Assembly: GCF_040938485.1 (NCBI RefSeq)
Contig: NW_027271872.1
Location: forward strand, 868,001 to 932,000
Reading direction: 5' to 3'
Source: Diadema antillarum
Lineage: Eukaryota
Length of the DNA stretch: 64,000 nucleotides
Shown: positions 44,716-56,800 of the stretch, piece by piece
Numbering within the stretch: position 1 is the stretch's first letter
How the letters are laid out: every line of letters starts with the position of its first letter
Position numbers and translations under genes: made by a program
Notes under the pieces: generated by a model
Seen by the model: the letters and a program-made list of their open reading frames with translations, nothing else
Databases searched by the model: none
What the model was told of the DNA's origin: nothing

Positions 44716-46161
44716 CAGCCAAATAAATATAGATCATGCAAATCATTATAATTTTCCCCCCCCCCAAAAAAAAAAAAAAAAATGCACTCTATGTAGTACC
44801 TTTTTTGTGTTCATTATCTGTTTAACCTGGTCTTATAAAATTTTTGTCAAAGATTCAGCCTGTAGTTCATCAAAATGGTGGCACAGCATAACATTTGGCC
44901 TTGACCTTGTCACCTTGACCTCAGGAACACCATGCTCCTTTTTGTCATAAGTTTTTGTTATAATGTTTGTAATAATGAATGTATTATTGTCAATTATATG
45001 CACTTTTACCAAGTTGAAGTACTTTACTTGTGATTATTAAGGTTTTATGAATGTGCCTGTGTGTTACATGGATGCTTATGCAAATAGGTTTATCCCACTA
45101 TACCCTGGGTATTAAAAGAAAAATAACATTTTCTCTGGAAATCTACATATGTACTGCCTGCTTATTACTAGAAAACACCAACAAAACCTTTTTTTGAAAG
45201 CAATAAAAATCAGTTTTTACAAATGTCTTTGTGACACATTTCATTGCAATGATGGGAGTGGGATTTAATTCTGTTTTCATGTAATCATTATTTTGCTGGA
45301 AACTTCATAGTAGCCACTACACCTTGAGAATCAGAACAAAGAAAAAAAATGCAGAAAATACTTTTATATCAATTTTGCTCTGCCAAATAGCTTAGAGGCA
45401 GTAAACTTGCATTCAGCTTTTCTGACTTTACTCTCTTTCTCATCTTTAACCATGATGCTTGTCAATTTAAAGTGACAAATGACAAAATCAGGACACAAAA
45501 GGTGTTTTTGGTGTTACAGAATTTACTTCCAGACAACATTTACACTGTCCATGAAAGTGCCTACCATCAATACAATCTGCACATGACATTCCCACATCGT
45601 AGATTAGCAATGAAAAGTTTCTGTTATTTTTTCTGATGACACATATTCAGAATATGTTTTATACGAAGATTATGCAGACACAACTGGGGTGAACATGGGA
45701 AGTACCGAGTATTGCACATGTGTACAAACTCTGGTGTAGTAAAGCTCTTAGCATTGCTTGATAACACAGCTGAAACTCATTTCAGTTTGTTTCATCAATT
45801 GATTTGTGCATGCATGAACTGGCACCAAAGACTCCTACAGTATACGCTGCTTCGTGGGAAGAAGACCTAGTTTCACTTGCTGATTTACAGGGAAAAAAAA
45901 TGAGAAATTGGAAAATCCACCACCCTCCCTCCAACTCCACCATCAACATACTCTATACCGTAAAGCAAGATATTTTTGCGGCATGAAATTCTTGTGAATT
46001 GTCTCTGGCATTCAATGCATACAGTAGTAGACAAGAACTTCTACATGCATTTTAATTTCATGAATCTTGGCTCTTGCAAAATTTGCAGAATTAAAATGCA
46101 TGCAGACATTCCTTGTTTTTACAGTATTGCACGCTCTGGGTCTCAATGAAGGATGTGACTA

Positions 46162-47451
46162 CAGTGGAAACTCGATATAACGAGATGGTCGGGACCGAGT
46201 CATTTTCCTCGTTATAGCCGATATCTCGTTATATCAGTAGGCATAAAAGAAGGCATAAAATAAAGACATTAATTTGCACATGTGGGACTACCCATCATAT
46301 TTCAATCAATACTGATAACTTGATATTGTATGTGAGGGAATTACCTTTATGGGTAAGAAGATGTTTTTCGCCAAGGAAATCCGCCAATCCAATATCAAGA
46401 ATGTGTTTCTCATTAATTGTAGATGTTTGAATTTGTAAATTTATATAGCTTGCGATTGTATCAAGATCGTCTGTGGATTGGATTGGTATGTGGTTATCGT
46501 ATGGGTGTGTGTTGTGTGGAAAGCTTGAATATGGTCTGCACAATGCTGTGTGTATATGTGACACATTCTGTATGTACATTATGACTGCGTGTGTGTGTGA
46601 AGACGGGGAATTCCCAAAGTAGAAGGCCAATCACGGCATCAGATTGCCTCACACCTGCTAAACGTCATGATGATGTCATGTATACACATGGCCGTCCCAC
46701 CACATTTTCTGCATACAGTGTGCGTGCACACACACACTTCACACGTACAACATGCAGTGCTAGCTGGAGTGCACTGAAGAAAATGATTATGTGTGTACAA
46801 GACAGTTTTTGGCGCATCAAGCTTTACAATCTTGTAAGATGATAGCACAGGCGAAGTAAAGCACTACCGAAGCCATTTTGCTTTACCTCGCTATAGCAGG
46901 TTTGATTTACTATGTTTTTCTTTGTTTGGAAGTCACAAAATTTATCTCGTTATAGCAGTTATTTCGTTATAGCCGATCTCGCTATAAGAGTAGCATTTTA
47001 CATAGCCCCGGAGACCGCGCCGCGAGGCGCGGTCCTGGCGGCTTCCCCGCAGTTTCGCTTATGTTAGTTCTGTGCGCTTGTGCAAGTGATTGTGAATTCT
47101 GTGAACATCGGTGAGCTGCTTATAAGACATCATTTTGTGCATCACAAGCAATGAAATGCATCAAACAGTCGCCGATGATAGTCATTTAGGTTTCATCGAC
47201 CCATGTAAGTATTCCTAGTAGTTTCTGTTGAAAAATTAAGGAAATATAGCGCCGCAAAGGCACCCGTTTGTTCAACATGAAGATCTTTTATGGGAGCACG
47301 GCGCAGCCGCCACACGCACACACTGCGTGTGGCGGCTGTCGCAGTTACATTTTACATAGACTTGTGTGGAAGGAAATCTGGGACCAAGAAAATTTCCTCG
47401 TTATAACCGATATCTCGTTATAGCAGTGTTCGTTATACCGAGTTTCCCCTG
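46162..47451. mobile_element. Tc1/pogo-type TA-target non-autonomous element with internal insertions
   Basis: TA TSD; TIR CAGTGGAAACTCGATATAACGA vs CAGGGGAAACTCGGTATAACGA; repeated TCGTTATA subterminal motifs. Confidence 0.75.
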
Positions 47452-47844
47452 TACAAAATGTTCAACTGTTAATGCCATTCTCAGCTCATATACTCTGGTA
47501 GCAATGTCTGCTGCAAGTAGGAAATACCAAGTAGTCATTCCTGCACTACTGTAGGAAATATGGCTTGAACACAGCTGTTTTGAGCACAAAAGGAGATGGT
47601 CATCCTTGTCCAAGTCACCGTGACGATTGGGTCTTCTTGCAATATGTCCATACTATGATTGGCTGATGTCAACTGCGGCATTATGAGACGGTATGCAGGT
47701 TGGCTAATATTGACAATCGCAGACCGGCACATTTTGAGGAAATGCACAGAAACGATCAAGCGACATTCTTCTGTACAATAGTCTCTCCAAATTACATCTG
47801 AGCGTATCACTTGCAAACTGCCAAAAATATAAGCTGATGGTTCA

Positions 47845-50800
47845 CTATCTCTTCGAAGGCTTGGGCATCAAGTAAACTTTGACGGGTTTACTCAGGGCCA
47901 GCGTCCCTCCGCTGCTAGAGGACGATGATGTGGAAGGGCCCAGCACGTTGGGGTCATAGGTCATCACGATGCTGATCTCCACCTGACATGGCTCTGAGGG
48001 GAAAATGAAGAAAAATAAAAACAACACAAATGAAAATGAAATTGGTTCTCATGATCTATGAAGGGCCCCTGTACATCCTGAATAAAGTTAAACAGATCTG
48101 TTCTGAAGTCAAAATTGTCACACTCTTGTACCCTTTCAATAAAAGTTAAAGTGTAAATAAAAACAAATTTAAAAGGACAATATTACATCAAAATCATTAT
48201 TATCATTTTTTTTTTGGTGCTCAGAATAATTATATGTACGCTTTACTACCTGAAATTAAAAAATGAACAAACAGATGAAAGCCATACAAGAGTCATGGAC
48301 TAATAACAGAATGCTATTTGGAGGCAATTCTCTCTAATATGGACAGAAGTGCTCTAACAGCAAAGTCCGAAAGAAAATTTGGATATCCTAGCTATCATTT
48401 TTACCTGACCAGAGACTGTGAGATAGATAGATCTCTGTCATCATACGATGTCGCAGATCATTCAGGACCCTGAAGTCACTGGCTCTCGGCATAAAGACCT
48501 GGGTCTGGAAGTCTGGAAATTTCACCTGTGTGTAAACAGAGACAGTCAGTCACAAATGTTGATTTGGCATTTAATTGTTAAATACATGCATACATATGTT
48601 TGTGTGTGTGTGTGTTTGCGTGAGTGTATTGTAAATAATAACATGGTCAATCCAACAACATCCCACCCTCTCCTCCAGCACACACATATACACATACACA
48701 TACACACTTTTTCTTCCAGTAAATTTTTGTTTTATTTCATCCAATTTTCATGCCAGTAATAAGCAAATAATCAATGGTGAAGGTGATGGGACAAACTATC
48801 ACTTCCGAGGCGATCTGGATGGATGGAAAGATAGCGTACACATTCAGATCGCCGAGGAAGTGATAGTTTGTCTCATTGCCTGAAACTAAAAGTTGATTAT
48901 TTGCTTTATATTCCACATCTAGGGTCCTAGAAATTCGCATTCTATTCCACATCTGAAACCGTTTCAGCTGTCTTTAGGTATCCTTAGGGCTTAGGTTATG
49001 TGCACGTAGATGACAAAACAATGAATTTGCTGCGTGCACCGCGCGGCACCGAAGTGAAAGTGCGTTGCACTGTGTACTATCAAGTGACCTAGGTCACATG
49101 ATAGTCCACAGTGCAACGCACTTTTATTTCGCGCGTACTCATCTTGCGTTAGGACTGTGTGGACTGTGTGGAGATCAGCGAAACAAAAGGGACTATCAAC
49201 ATAGAGTGTAACGAACTTTTCTTCACAGGTGATGTGATGGGCAAAACTACGCTTCATCATGAGATCAGCTCTGGACCAATCCTATTGCAACATTCTTAGT
49301 ATGTGGAATATAATACAATCTATACAAAAGTAAATGAACCTTTTATTCCAATTTGAACGTGCACAACAGAAAATATATCAGTCATTTCACGTCCATCTCT
49401 TCACAGAAACGAACTGAGTACTTCAAAGAAATTGATTAATATGTAATACATCAAGACAAGATACTGAAAAAACACACAAACAGACAGACACACATTCACA
49501 CACTGAAACAGAAAAATGTTAACCCTAGTGCTTTATTCCTGTTGAAAGCAGATAGCATTAAAAAAAAAAACACACAAGGTGTACAATATGAAGAAGAATA
49601 GCCGGAATTTTTCACTACTGGCAGAAGGATGTTACCAACTGCGCAAAATCGACTGACCTTCTGCTTCTCAAGTGGCATACTTTTTCTGATTGATTGAAAG
49701 AGACAAACTTATATTTGTCAGTCTCCTTGTCTAAGGTAGTGAGAAAAAAAAAAAGAATTGTCTGTAACTGCTGCCTTCATTGATAAACTGTATATGGCAT
49801 ATAATTCAAGGGGCTTTTATTTTTGCCAATTTTGAAAGTCGGGTGCCATTTGCGAATTTTACAAGACATAAGAGCATTAATTCTGTTCCTGGCATGAGAG
49901 CGAAAGGCATGCATACATTTCTCAACAATCGCAAATTCAACAACTTGCAAAATTGCTGGGAAGTCACAACTGGTGAGAAATTAAGCTGGTTAAATACATG
50001 GCAAATGCATTTGTGTACAGTAATGTATGACATGACTCTGAAAGACTGCTGCCATGGATATGCCATACCTCGATGCGGATCCGCTCCAGATCCCTGACGT
50101 TGCGCAGGCTGGCGTCGAGGAAGACGCCGAGCGTCAGGCCGGCCGTGAAGCGCATGGGGTTGTCGCTGCCCCCCGTAGGTTCATGGATGTCGGCGGCGAC
50201 CAGGCTGAGGGTGTTGGCGAGGGAGAGGGGCGGGGCCCGGTTGTGGAGGAGGAGGGGCTGGAGGAACTTGGTGAGGATAGCGTGGCGAGCCGCCGATAAC
50301 TTTAGCACCTGGGAGAACACCGCCCTCGTGAAGGAGTCGGGGGAGATGCCAGCTGATATGAAATGCCTGCAGAAAATGTCATGACCACATAAACGTACGA
50401 ACATTTATCTACATGGATAAGAACTAACATTTGTATATTCATACATCATTCTGTTGTAATTTGATATATAGCACTGAAAATTTGGTAGGGAGGACAAGAT
50501 TTAAATAACAGTACCACTACCATGGCATATGAAGATAATTATGATTATTAGCAACTGATTATCTGTGCCTATTCCAAGTCTTCACCATGCCACACAAGAC
50601 TACGGGGGTGATCACAAAATTGGCAACTCGATTTCAATATGTCTGTCCAGGGGGGCATTTCATGAAGCGTTTTGGTCGGATATTTTTCTGACAAACTGTT
50701 ACAAGCTATCGAAATCCTTGCATCTGATTGGCTGATAGCAAATTTGTCGGTGAAAACCTCCGACGAACTCGTTGATGAAACGCCCCCCGGATCTACAGGC

Positions 50801-53752
50801 AACGTCGGCACCATTTTACATGGAATGCCATGGGCCAATTTCATGTTTTGGGAATGGATCGCATAAATCATTATACAGTGTATATATGCCGAGTCTTCAC
50901 GTATCCTGGCCCAAAAGGGCCAAACTTGTGCAATATTAAAGTTTTTGGGATGTCTGCTCTTTTGCAAGCTATCCCACCTTTCATGAAATTTCATCTACTT
51001 ACATGGCAAATGACATACTCAACCATTCTTTACGGCTCCCTTTTAAGGTAATAAACTATTCTTTTACATGGATGAAAGCCTGGGGTGTGTGTGTGTGTTA
51101 GTTATATGTCTCTGCAAAGGGTAATTAAAAGTCTCGTTGGATTATCCCTTTGAAGACGTGAAATGAATGCTCCTGTAAACATGGATATTTTTCGCGACTA
51201 ATTTTTCGCGCTTGGCCGGGTAAGAAGAGTTTCACATGTTTTAATTCCAATTCCACGGAATCAAGACAACCCACAGAGGAACATATGGCAAGCAAAAGTA
51301 TTTGTGTGCCTTTATTTTCAAGCTAGTTTCTGGTTACGCGAAATGCGCGAAAATTTCAACACCGCAAAAATTTCCACTTTACAGTACATGACAGCTATCC
51401 CTATTAGAGAGCCTGCATCATTCTACTGGGGAATAAAACATTGATGAAATGCATCAGTTAGACTCTGGTAAGGCAGTTGCCATGGAAACTTACTCCTGCA
51501 TGGCGGAGGCCCTGTTGAGGAACCGCTGGGTCAGTTTGCTGGCTGAGGCTCCACTGCTGCCACTCCCCCCGCTGCCCCTTAGCTGTACTACAAGCTGCAG
51601 GGCCCAGGCCCTCAGCCTCAGCTGCTGCACTTGGGCCAGCTCCGACTCGCTGCAACCCAGGTACAGGTGCTGAAGCCGGTAGCTGAGTTCGATGACCTGC
51701 AGGGGGTGAAATTTCAAAGGTCAAAGGTCAAAGACCAACATGCTTGCACATTTGTGTCACTGCATTTGAATATGTGTCAGTCATATTGTCCACACTGTAT
51801 ACGCCGAATATTTCGCGAGGGTTTTATTTTCGCGAGTCAGGTGCTATTCGCGAAATTAAATACACGCAAAAATAGTGACTCTGATCACGCTATGAATGTA
51901 ACGTACGCGTATACATTTCTCCGTTTGGTACAGGACTCCACGATCGCAAATTTAACCACTCGCAAAATCATCGGCAAATTCCGATTCGCAAAAATTTAGA
52001 CTCTCTAAATATATGGCGTATACAGTATTTGCTTTTTAATATACACACGTGTGAATACAATTGACATATAGACGAATTATCAAAGGATCTATATTTATGA
52101 ACATTCCACTGTTTATTTGGTGTGAACTCATACCTATGAATTTAGTGCAAAAGCCTAGATAAGCACACAAATTTTATATCACTGAAATAAACAAAGTTGA
52201 ACTAATAAAGGCTTCTGCATTGAGCATACAGAGTTATATGAGAATATATAAAAACGGGTTTGTATTCTGTTCTCTCATGGTTCATCTCATGGTTTGGAAA
52301 GTTGGTGGGGGGATGAGTTCACATCTGTGATTTCCTGGAAACCTCCATCACACATTTCTTACAGGAGAGAAATGTATTGCAATATACCTTGTTCGAATGA
52401 GGCCATTCATACTTGCTGAGGTCTTGATTACTACAAAGCAATGTCATGGCATCGTTTACCAAAAGCTTAGTATCAGGAGGATTGATTTAAGAATTACACA
52501 TACTAGCAAAGCATGGTTGAGACAAACAGAATGTCTAAGTCAATTCAATTGTCACAGATACATGTAGGTAATCAGTTTAAAAAAGAAAAGGAAGAAAAAA
52601 AAACCGACCTGTATAACAAGATGTATATCTACTGCATAAAGCTTACTTTCCCTAAATCAAACCAGCTAAATGTTTCACTGAGAAGTTAGACAGAAGCATA
52701 ACAGACTTCCTATCATCTTTGAAACTTACCCTCTCAGCGGCTGCGAGGGCGGTCTCCGCACTCTGCTGTGGGCAGAGCATGGCGGGAACATTCCAGTGGT
52801 CTCCACTCAAAGCCTACGGAGAAAAAAATCATGGGAGTCACAAGTTTTGCATTTTGAGTATGACGCATGTACCCTTAGAATTTAGAAAGGATTTGAGTGG
52901 TTCAATCTTGGAGAAATATGAAGAAGTAGGGTCTGTTCTCTATCAATCCATCATAGGTATTCCATGTCATCACTCTATTGGATATTCAAATCAAACAAAG
53001 GAAAATAATTTATAGGAAACATTAGAATGTATTGTGTGTTTCTTACTTTGGCAAGTGTAAGCTGGCACTCAATGTACATCGAGTAGAATTCTGCTGTGGC
53101 TGTTAGTCTTGGTTCAAGCTCACTTATCCTTTGTAGATCTCTGTGAATGGAGAACAAAACATCCCATTAAATATATTTAGAAATCACAGCACTGCCATTG
53201 CTTCATCCCTACATTAACCCTTCATAACATGACTAAGTAAGCTGCAGAAACTTTGGGATTTCCCTTTGCCTTCAACATCTCCTTGAGTTCAATAAACTTA
53301 ACACATACACTGACAGAATGTAGACATTTGTCAAGTCAGTGATCAAACTTCTTCAAGCTTTGGTATGGAGTAAACTGCTTGCTCCAAAACATACCACACA
53401 AGCTAGATGTGACAAACCTTCCAGATGCTTTCCACGTATTCTTCCCAAAGTCAAACAATCTGCATGGATTCCAATGTAAATATCGTCAGGTAAGAATGAG
53501 AAGGGTATTAAGTTGCCTCAAACACTACGGCTGAGAGGCAACTCTACGCACTTATCATTCTCAACCAACGACATTCCCTCNNNNNNNNNNNNNNNNNNNN
53601 NNNNNNNNNNNNNNNNNNNNNNNNNNNNNNNNNNNNNNNNNNNNNNNNNNNNNNNNNNNNNNNNNNNNNNNNNNNNNNNNNNNNNNNNNNNNNNNNNNNN
53701 NNNNNNNNNNNNNNNNNNNNNNNNNNNNNNNTCAACCAACGACATTCCCTCA

Positions 53753-53825
<73 letters not shown>

Positions 53826-56800
53826 GTAATCATCAAACCCAAGATGCATCCCTGTCTCCTGGCCCCAAATGCATTAAATGTAACTATGTAGATATTTCAA
53901 GAAGGTAAATCAGCTTCAGGTAGTGTACCCTGTTTCCATGACAATTGAAGTGGTTGTTATTGATAAACTACTGTGTACGCCATGTATTTCGCTAGTCTAA
54001 ATTTTTGAAAATTGGGAATTCCCAATGATTTCGCGAGTGGTTAAAGGCATAATTTACCATTTGCAGATGAAACAAAAACCCAGCGTTAGTGCTTTAAAAT
54101 AGTTCCAAAATGTGAGTTTGGGATAAAAACAACCACAGTAAAAATTTGAATTGGTAAAATCGATGTTAAGTATTGTTAAATATACAAAATGTGAACAATA
54201 GTTATAATAAAAATGTTTCCAGACTAAACCGTGTACAGTTACGTTTTATTGAGAAAAATACATTCTATATGTCCTTATATTTTAGGCTTTATTGCAAAAA
54301 TTTTATATGATAGGATGTTTTGTGGTACAACAGACCTACACATATGCATTAAATGTCATATCTGGAAAAAAATTTAAATCATTGTTCCCAAAGGTAAACT
54401 GGACCTTTAAATTCGCTATCGTGGAGTCCTGTACTGAACAGAGAAGCATAAACGCATATTGTACGTCACGACATTCACATCGGGATCACAGTCAATATTT
54501 TCGCATTTCTTTAATTTCACGAATAGCAACTTACTCGCGAAATTCCCAAAAATAAAAACTTCGCAAACTATTCTGCGCATACAGTAATTTTCCTCCTCTT
54601 GTGAAACAGGGCTATCATAACATCAGGATAATCGCTTGTGACCTAAAAACACAGCAGGCCCAAGAGCATTATCACATATTCAGTACTGGCTTGAATAGCA
54701 ATGGCAAAGGGGTCAAAGGTCGCCCCCTACCTTATGGTGAGCTGCATGACGTTGATGGCAGTGGCGTTGGGAAGGCTGTCGAGACCTTTCAGCTTCTCCA
54801 GAGTCTGACTGAGGAAGTCTTGGGGATTTGTCTCCTCCTCTGCTGGTGGGCTTCTGTTGCCATGGACACCCCTCCTCCCAGCTGCCATCAGATGCTAAAT
54901 ATTGAGTGAATATGTAGGACAGTCTTTTATGACGCTTGTTGCAACTCACAAGGGTTTTGCAAATAATTATATCAGATAAAATAGTGTCCATATCTACTCC
55001 GGTCTTATCATATAACTCTTTGCATGGCTTACTCAAAGGACCAAATTCACGAAGGCGGTACAAATTCAAACCATGGTTTATGCAAATTTCTTCTGCGTAA
55101 ATACGATTGACAGATTGCGAATGCCAACAGACGTCCAATAACAAACGCGCATTGATACGCGCATGTCAAAGGTACGCCTATTTCATGCTTATTTTAGACC
55201 ATGGTCTAAATCTGTACCACAGTCTAAGTTTAAACCAGGTTTAGATCACTTTCATGAATTCGGGCCAAAAAGTACTATATGACATAAAGACCTGTTCAAC
55301 TAAATTCTTTCATCACACCAGCATCATGATGGGGATGTAAAATGATCAATGTAATTTGACACAAAACCACTATCATCATTATCTTTAATGAGTACACACT
55401 ATGAAGGGAACTGACAGTCAACAAAGCCAAAACAAAGCATGGTTTTAGCTTTTTTACATTCAAATTGTTATAACTATAAATTATACCTGTTGATCATGAA
55501 CATTCTTCTCATTGCTTGCATCATCCTCATGTTTTCCATAATCGTCGTCATCATAATGATAGTCAAAGCTACCATAACCAAAAGCATTGTCATTATTATT
55601 GTNNNNNNNNNNNNNNNNNNNNNNNNNNNNNNNNNNNNNNNNNNNNNNNNNNNNNNNNNNNNNNNNNNNNNNNNNNNNNNNNNNNNNNNNNNNNNNNNNN
55701 NNNNNNNNNNNNNNNNNNNNNNNNNNNNNNNNNNNNNNNNNNNNNNNNNNNNNNNNNNNNNNNNNNNNNNNNNNNNNNNNNNNNNNNNNNNNNNNNNNNN
55801 NNNNNNNNNNNNNNNNNNNNNNNNNNNNNNNNNNNNCCTCATCAACATCATCACCATCATCATCATCACCACCATCATCAATGCAAGTAACAAAAGAAGC
55901 CTGTAAATCAACTTCTCCGAGTTCTGATCATCTCCCAACTACGTCATCATCGACTCTCTCATCCAAGTTCCCCCCCCCCAAAAAAAAAAGAAAAGAAAAG
56001 AAAAATCCTCACCTCGACCTCTGGGACGAGATGAGGGAGGGAGTCCCTCAGGTAGCCATAGTGTCTGAAGGTGTACTCAGGAAAGAGAGCTGACATGGTT
56101 GGTGAGTTTACTGCAGAATTCAGGATCATGATCATCACGGCAATGTCTGGTGATACAAATGCAAGCTAAGGAAACATATAATACCAGTGCTGCTTTTGTT
56201 ATTTTTATCAGATAAACCTTCAGATGTCAGACTCCCTTTGTGCTGTCTCTCTACGGAGGGTCCATCACAAGTTTGGTTTGCATGGGGTTAATAATAGTTG
56301 GAGAAGGGAGTTTTTCACGCGGAAGTAGTAGGAGAGCAGTCACACACCCCATTTCACTGCCAGCATGCAAAAGTGGGCAGATCTTCTTTGATACTCTTGG
56401 TCCTGTAACTTCAATGCTCTGCACTGTACAAGAATGTTATGATACAACATCCTCATTGCAGGATTGGATATTTCCAACCAAAAAGTATACAGTTCTAATT
56501 ACTTCCAGTGACTACCCAGGTACTGTCAAACCTGTCTATAGTGGCCACCCAAGGGAGATGAAAAAAACAGCTGTTATAGACATGTGGCTGCTATAGACAA
56601 GTTCTTTAACATACTTTTTCTCTCGGAGGGAATTGTTTTTCGTGGTTGTATACAGCAGGTGGCCACTATAGACAGGTGGCCGCTAAGACAGGTTTGACTG
56701 TATCTATTTGCTCAATGACAAAACAGGTCATTAAAACTACAAAGGAAGTGTGACATTATCCACACGCAGCAAGAGATAAACAGTAGGGAAGGGTGAAAAC

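Noticed and set aside
48790-48872. SECIS element or pre-miRNA
   Set aside because: It lacks the AUGA/AA SECIS pattern, the GA pairs are on the strand antisense to INTS4, and there is no expression evidence. Kept only as a DNA-element hairpin.
48737-48952. 71-aa ORF as an extra INTS4 exon or a separate gene
   Set aside because: The INTS4 frame is complete without it, and it overlies a long inverted repeat.
53561-53751. 20-bp direct repeat flanking the N gap as a TSD
   Set aside because: It abuts both sides of the gap, so it is most likely overlapping contig ends (an assembly artefact).
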